Source: Macrostomum hystrix
Taxonomy: Eukaryota > Animalia > Platyhelminthes
NCBI GenBank assembly: GCA_950097015.1
Contig: CATNEN010000038.1
Location: 24,304,001 to 24,368,000, forward strand
Direction: 5' to 3'
Length of the DNA stretch: 64,000 nucleotides
In this document: one piece after another, positions 61,501-64,000 of the stretch
How positions within the stretch are numbered: the first letter of the stretch is position 1
Layout: every line of letters starts with the position of its first letter
Position numbers and translations under genes: made by a program
Notes under the pieces: generated by a model
Told to the model about the DNA's origin: nothing
Seen by the model: only the letters and a program-made list of their open reading frames with translations
Databases searched by the model: none

Positions 61501-63969
61501 TGACTTAAAACTTTAATTGAACTTGATTATTTATTATAACACTCTCGTCTATTCCTATATTTATATTTATAAAATTTCTCTTGTAACGAAATTTAAAGTT
61601 AGAAGTTTATTTTTCTTCAACGCTTTTTTACTTTATTTATTTACGTTTATTTACTAAACAAAGTTAAGAACATTATTTATGCCCAGCACTGTGAAAAAAG
61701 ATTTCGTTCATTCAACACTTCATGATGTTTTTTCGAGCTATAATGGCTCACCTGATTCTCGAACACCGTATAGTTTTTGGGAATGATGTCCCATCCGCGC
61801 TCGCTAAACCGGAGCCGGATGAAATGCTGACGAGGATCCAAGCCACACTGACTGCAGATCAGGTTGAGAATCTCCTGAACTGTCATGCCCTCTTGCACTT
61901 CAGTTGTTTGGATCTGCAAATGAAGCAGTGGCTCGCCTAATTATACCTTTTCTTTTCTGTGGAATATAAAATTTTACCGATGTTTTTAAGCAGAAAATTC
62001 ACCTTCCCGGTAGGCAACCGGACGCCAACTACACTACTGCCGATGCCGCTGCCACTGATCCCACTGGCGCAGTCATCTGGTTTAGCTGGTTGTCCGTAAG
62101 ACATCTCAGACGGTGACGAAGTGTTATCAGTCACGCCGGAGCTTGTTGACTTTCGAATGTACCAATCAGACTTAGTTCTAGGCTGAGGATGCTGATGCTG
62201 TTGACATTGTTGCTGCTGCTTAAGATGCTTCTGCTGATGCTGCTGACGTGGCAGAGTGGTGCAGCTGACTGCACCCGTCATAGCGTTACTGACAACAGCT
62301 GGTGAATTCTCGCGACAACTTTGCTGTCGTCTGGGTGCTTGAGTGCGCATTGGTACAAAATTGTCCTGTAGCGCTGAGCGTTGTTGCACCTGATCCTCCT
62401 CGCGAAAGTCGTCAAGTAATTGCTGATTCTGCTGTTGCTCTTGATACTGCTGCTGCGGAGGCTGCTGCTGCTGCTGTTGTTGCTGTTGCTCCTGATGAGA
62501 CTCAGACCTTTTATCGCTGGCACCGTTGACGAACTTCATGGTGGCTGTGGTTAGCGGCGCACGTGCGCAGACAAGCGCATGAAAGGAGGTCAAATTGAAC
62601 ACATCCAGCTTGCTCAAGATCAGCTTGGATGACTTCGATGCGTTTGATAAGATATTCTAGAGGAATGAAAGGTTGCGTTTTGCTAAATTTTTCCAAGATA
62701 ATTGAAATCAAATTACATGACTGTACCATTTTGCAGCCATAGTTAAACGTACAAGCACTCAATTTAATCGCGCGTTGGCGCAGGCGGCAGCAATGCTGCA
62801 GCACTCGCTCCGCCAGCTGTCTATGGCACAGAGTGGTGGAAGAACGGCAAGCAAAATCCGCAAGCTTATACATTTATTGGACGTTAAATATACAGGCTTC
62901 TTCTATGAATGAAATCAGCTGTCTATGGTTCAAACAGTTCGGTTCCGGGACCATTAAACGATTCAATGGGTGCGGAATGAATCGGAATGAATCACATAAA
63001 TGTCGTTTTAATTCATCATAGTCTATGGTTAAAACGTCCTCGACCCCATTCTATATTAAATTGCTTGCCTGCAGGCCGATACAATTTCTTACCATAGACA
63101 GCTGACGGAGCGGGTGCTGCTGCTTAGCTGCACCAATGCATGATTAAATTGAGTGCTTGCAGGATCGAATTGGCTCCAAAATGTTGTTATATAAAAAATT
63201 AATCTCTAATTTGTTTTCAATTTGACAAAAAATCTTAAAAAGGCATTTTTTAACCTGCGCTTGATTCTGGACGCAAGCGCACCGGAAGTGATGAACAGAC
63301 TATTTTTAGCTGCAGGCTAATATTACCCAATTAGGAGTTTATTTTTTGTTTCAGTGCGTTTCGCGTTCACCTACCAGAATAAATGTTTTGGGGCGCACTA
63401 GGCAAGAATTTAAAAACGACTTTTGAATCGAAACATAAGATTTTGTAGTTTATATTCCTAAAATAAAATTCGCTCTCACTTGGGAGCGAGAGCGAATTTG
63501 CTAGTCCATAATACAAAGTTTTCAGTTTTCCGAATCGATCGTTTATCTCACAGCATTTACCTTCGGATTAGGAAGCTCCTGGCCTAGCAACGAGGCCATG
63601 TAGCATTTGTGTCGATACAGCTCAACCAAGAGCCGCTCCAGATTCTCCTCCCATTGCTGGATGTTACGCAAAATCGTGTGCCGACTGCGACTATCACTGA
63701 CAGCAGTTAGCTGTAGTTCCGCCATCATTTTCATCTTGCTGTCCTGTAGATTGAAACGCGCATTTCAGATTAGTTCAAAACTTTTAAACGCATCCAATTA
63801 CCTTGTCAGTACATCAAAGCTTACCAAATCGACGTTGCTCTCCAGCTTTCTGATCTCCGATTCCATTAGACGAATTGTGTCCAATTTGCTGCGCTGTCTC
63901 GCTATGTGGGACGCGCAGGCCGAATGAAATGACATCACCCAGCTGTCCAAATCAGCTTTTTCTGAAGCC
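46591..63969 (-). CDS. TIAM1: TIAM1/still life-like Rac GEF, 3' portion (PH end, CC-Ex, RBD, PDZ, DH, PH); continues beyond the window
   Basis: [19 protein letters not shown]; MKMMAELQL...[29 protein letters not shown]; [16 protein letters not shown]; [23 protein letters not shown]; [31 protein letters not shown]; [46 protein letters not shown]; [23 protein letters not shown]. Confidence 0.92.
47817..49741. repeat. 19-bp satellite (GAGCCTGTTAGACACTAAC), about 100 copies, in the last TIAM intron
   Basis: Tandem units. Confidence 0.96.
50355..53420. repeat. 14-bp satellite (AGCGTGGTATTTAT), over 200 copies, intronic
   Basis: Tandem units with C/T and A/T variants. Confidence 0.97.
53790..53930 (+). 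mobile_element. Degenerate, internally deleted SINE family A copy
   Basis: GTGTCGTTTAGGAAGACACCTAAC and GTCCATGGACTGAACAGCCGTACGCAGCC match the 28840 copy. Confidence 0.65.
54450..54797. repeat. 18-bp minisatellite (CTCCTGCCTTCTCTGTCA)
   Basis: Tandem units. Confidence 0.93.
55321..55650. repeat. Dispersed repeat family C copy
   Basis: Homologous to 21771-22110 and 37215-37620. Confidence 0.8.
56095..58240 (+). mobile_element. 5'-truncated non-LTR retrotransposon (LINE; RTE-X/CR1-group-like) with frameshifted RT, antisense in a TIAM intron
   Basis: [61 protein letters not shown]; C-terminal RLCSKC...[10 protein letters not shown]; frameshift near 56590; A-rich/(TAA)n tail. Confidence 0.9.
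59445..60318. repeat. 16-bp minisatellite (TTCTGTCCCTCTGTCA)
   Basis: About 54 tandem units. Confidence 0.95.
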
Positions 63970-64000
63970 TGGTAGTTTCGTTTTTTCGGAGAAATAATTT

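Overview
Eukaryotic (metazoan) genomic DNA with spliced genes, poly-Gln/poly-Ala runs, many minisatellites and tRNA-derived SINEs. The style resembles the flatworm Macrostomum, but this is an inference only. Plus strand: a divergent, apparently catalytically dead KDM5-like gene (587-15926), an AKAP10-like RGS gene, a six-domain atypical Kazal inhibitor, a small putative membrane-protein gene, RIC-3, RWDD2-like and TMEM187-like genes. Minus strand: an intronless 879-aa Ser/Arg-rich orphan ORF and the 3' part of a TIAM/still-life RhoGEF gene, with a 5'-truncated LINE in one intron. The most notable object is a 5,963-bp foldback-type DNA element (8805-14767) in a KDM5-like intron. It has 13-bp terminal inverted repeats (CCCGGTTGCCAAA), a 3-bp TAG target duplication and about 1-1.2 kb inverted arrays of a 24-bp repeat. 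No transposase is recognisable. It carries a spliced coiled-coil plus BEN-domain gene and a CtIP/Sae2 C-terminal module (CxxC...RHR...FW) whose CDK (TP) and ATM/ATR (TQ) regulatory sites are altered. All protein assignments come from motif recognition by eye; no database searches were run.
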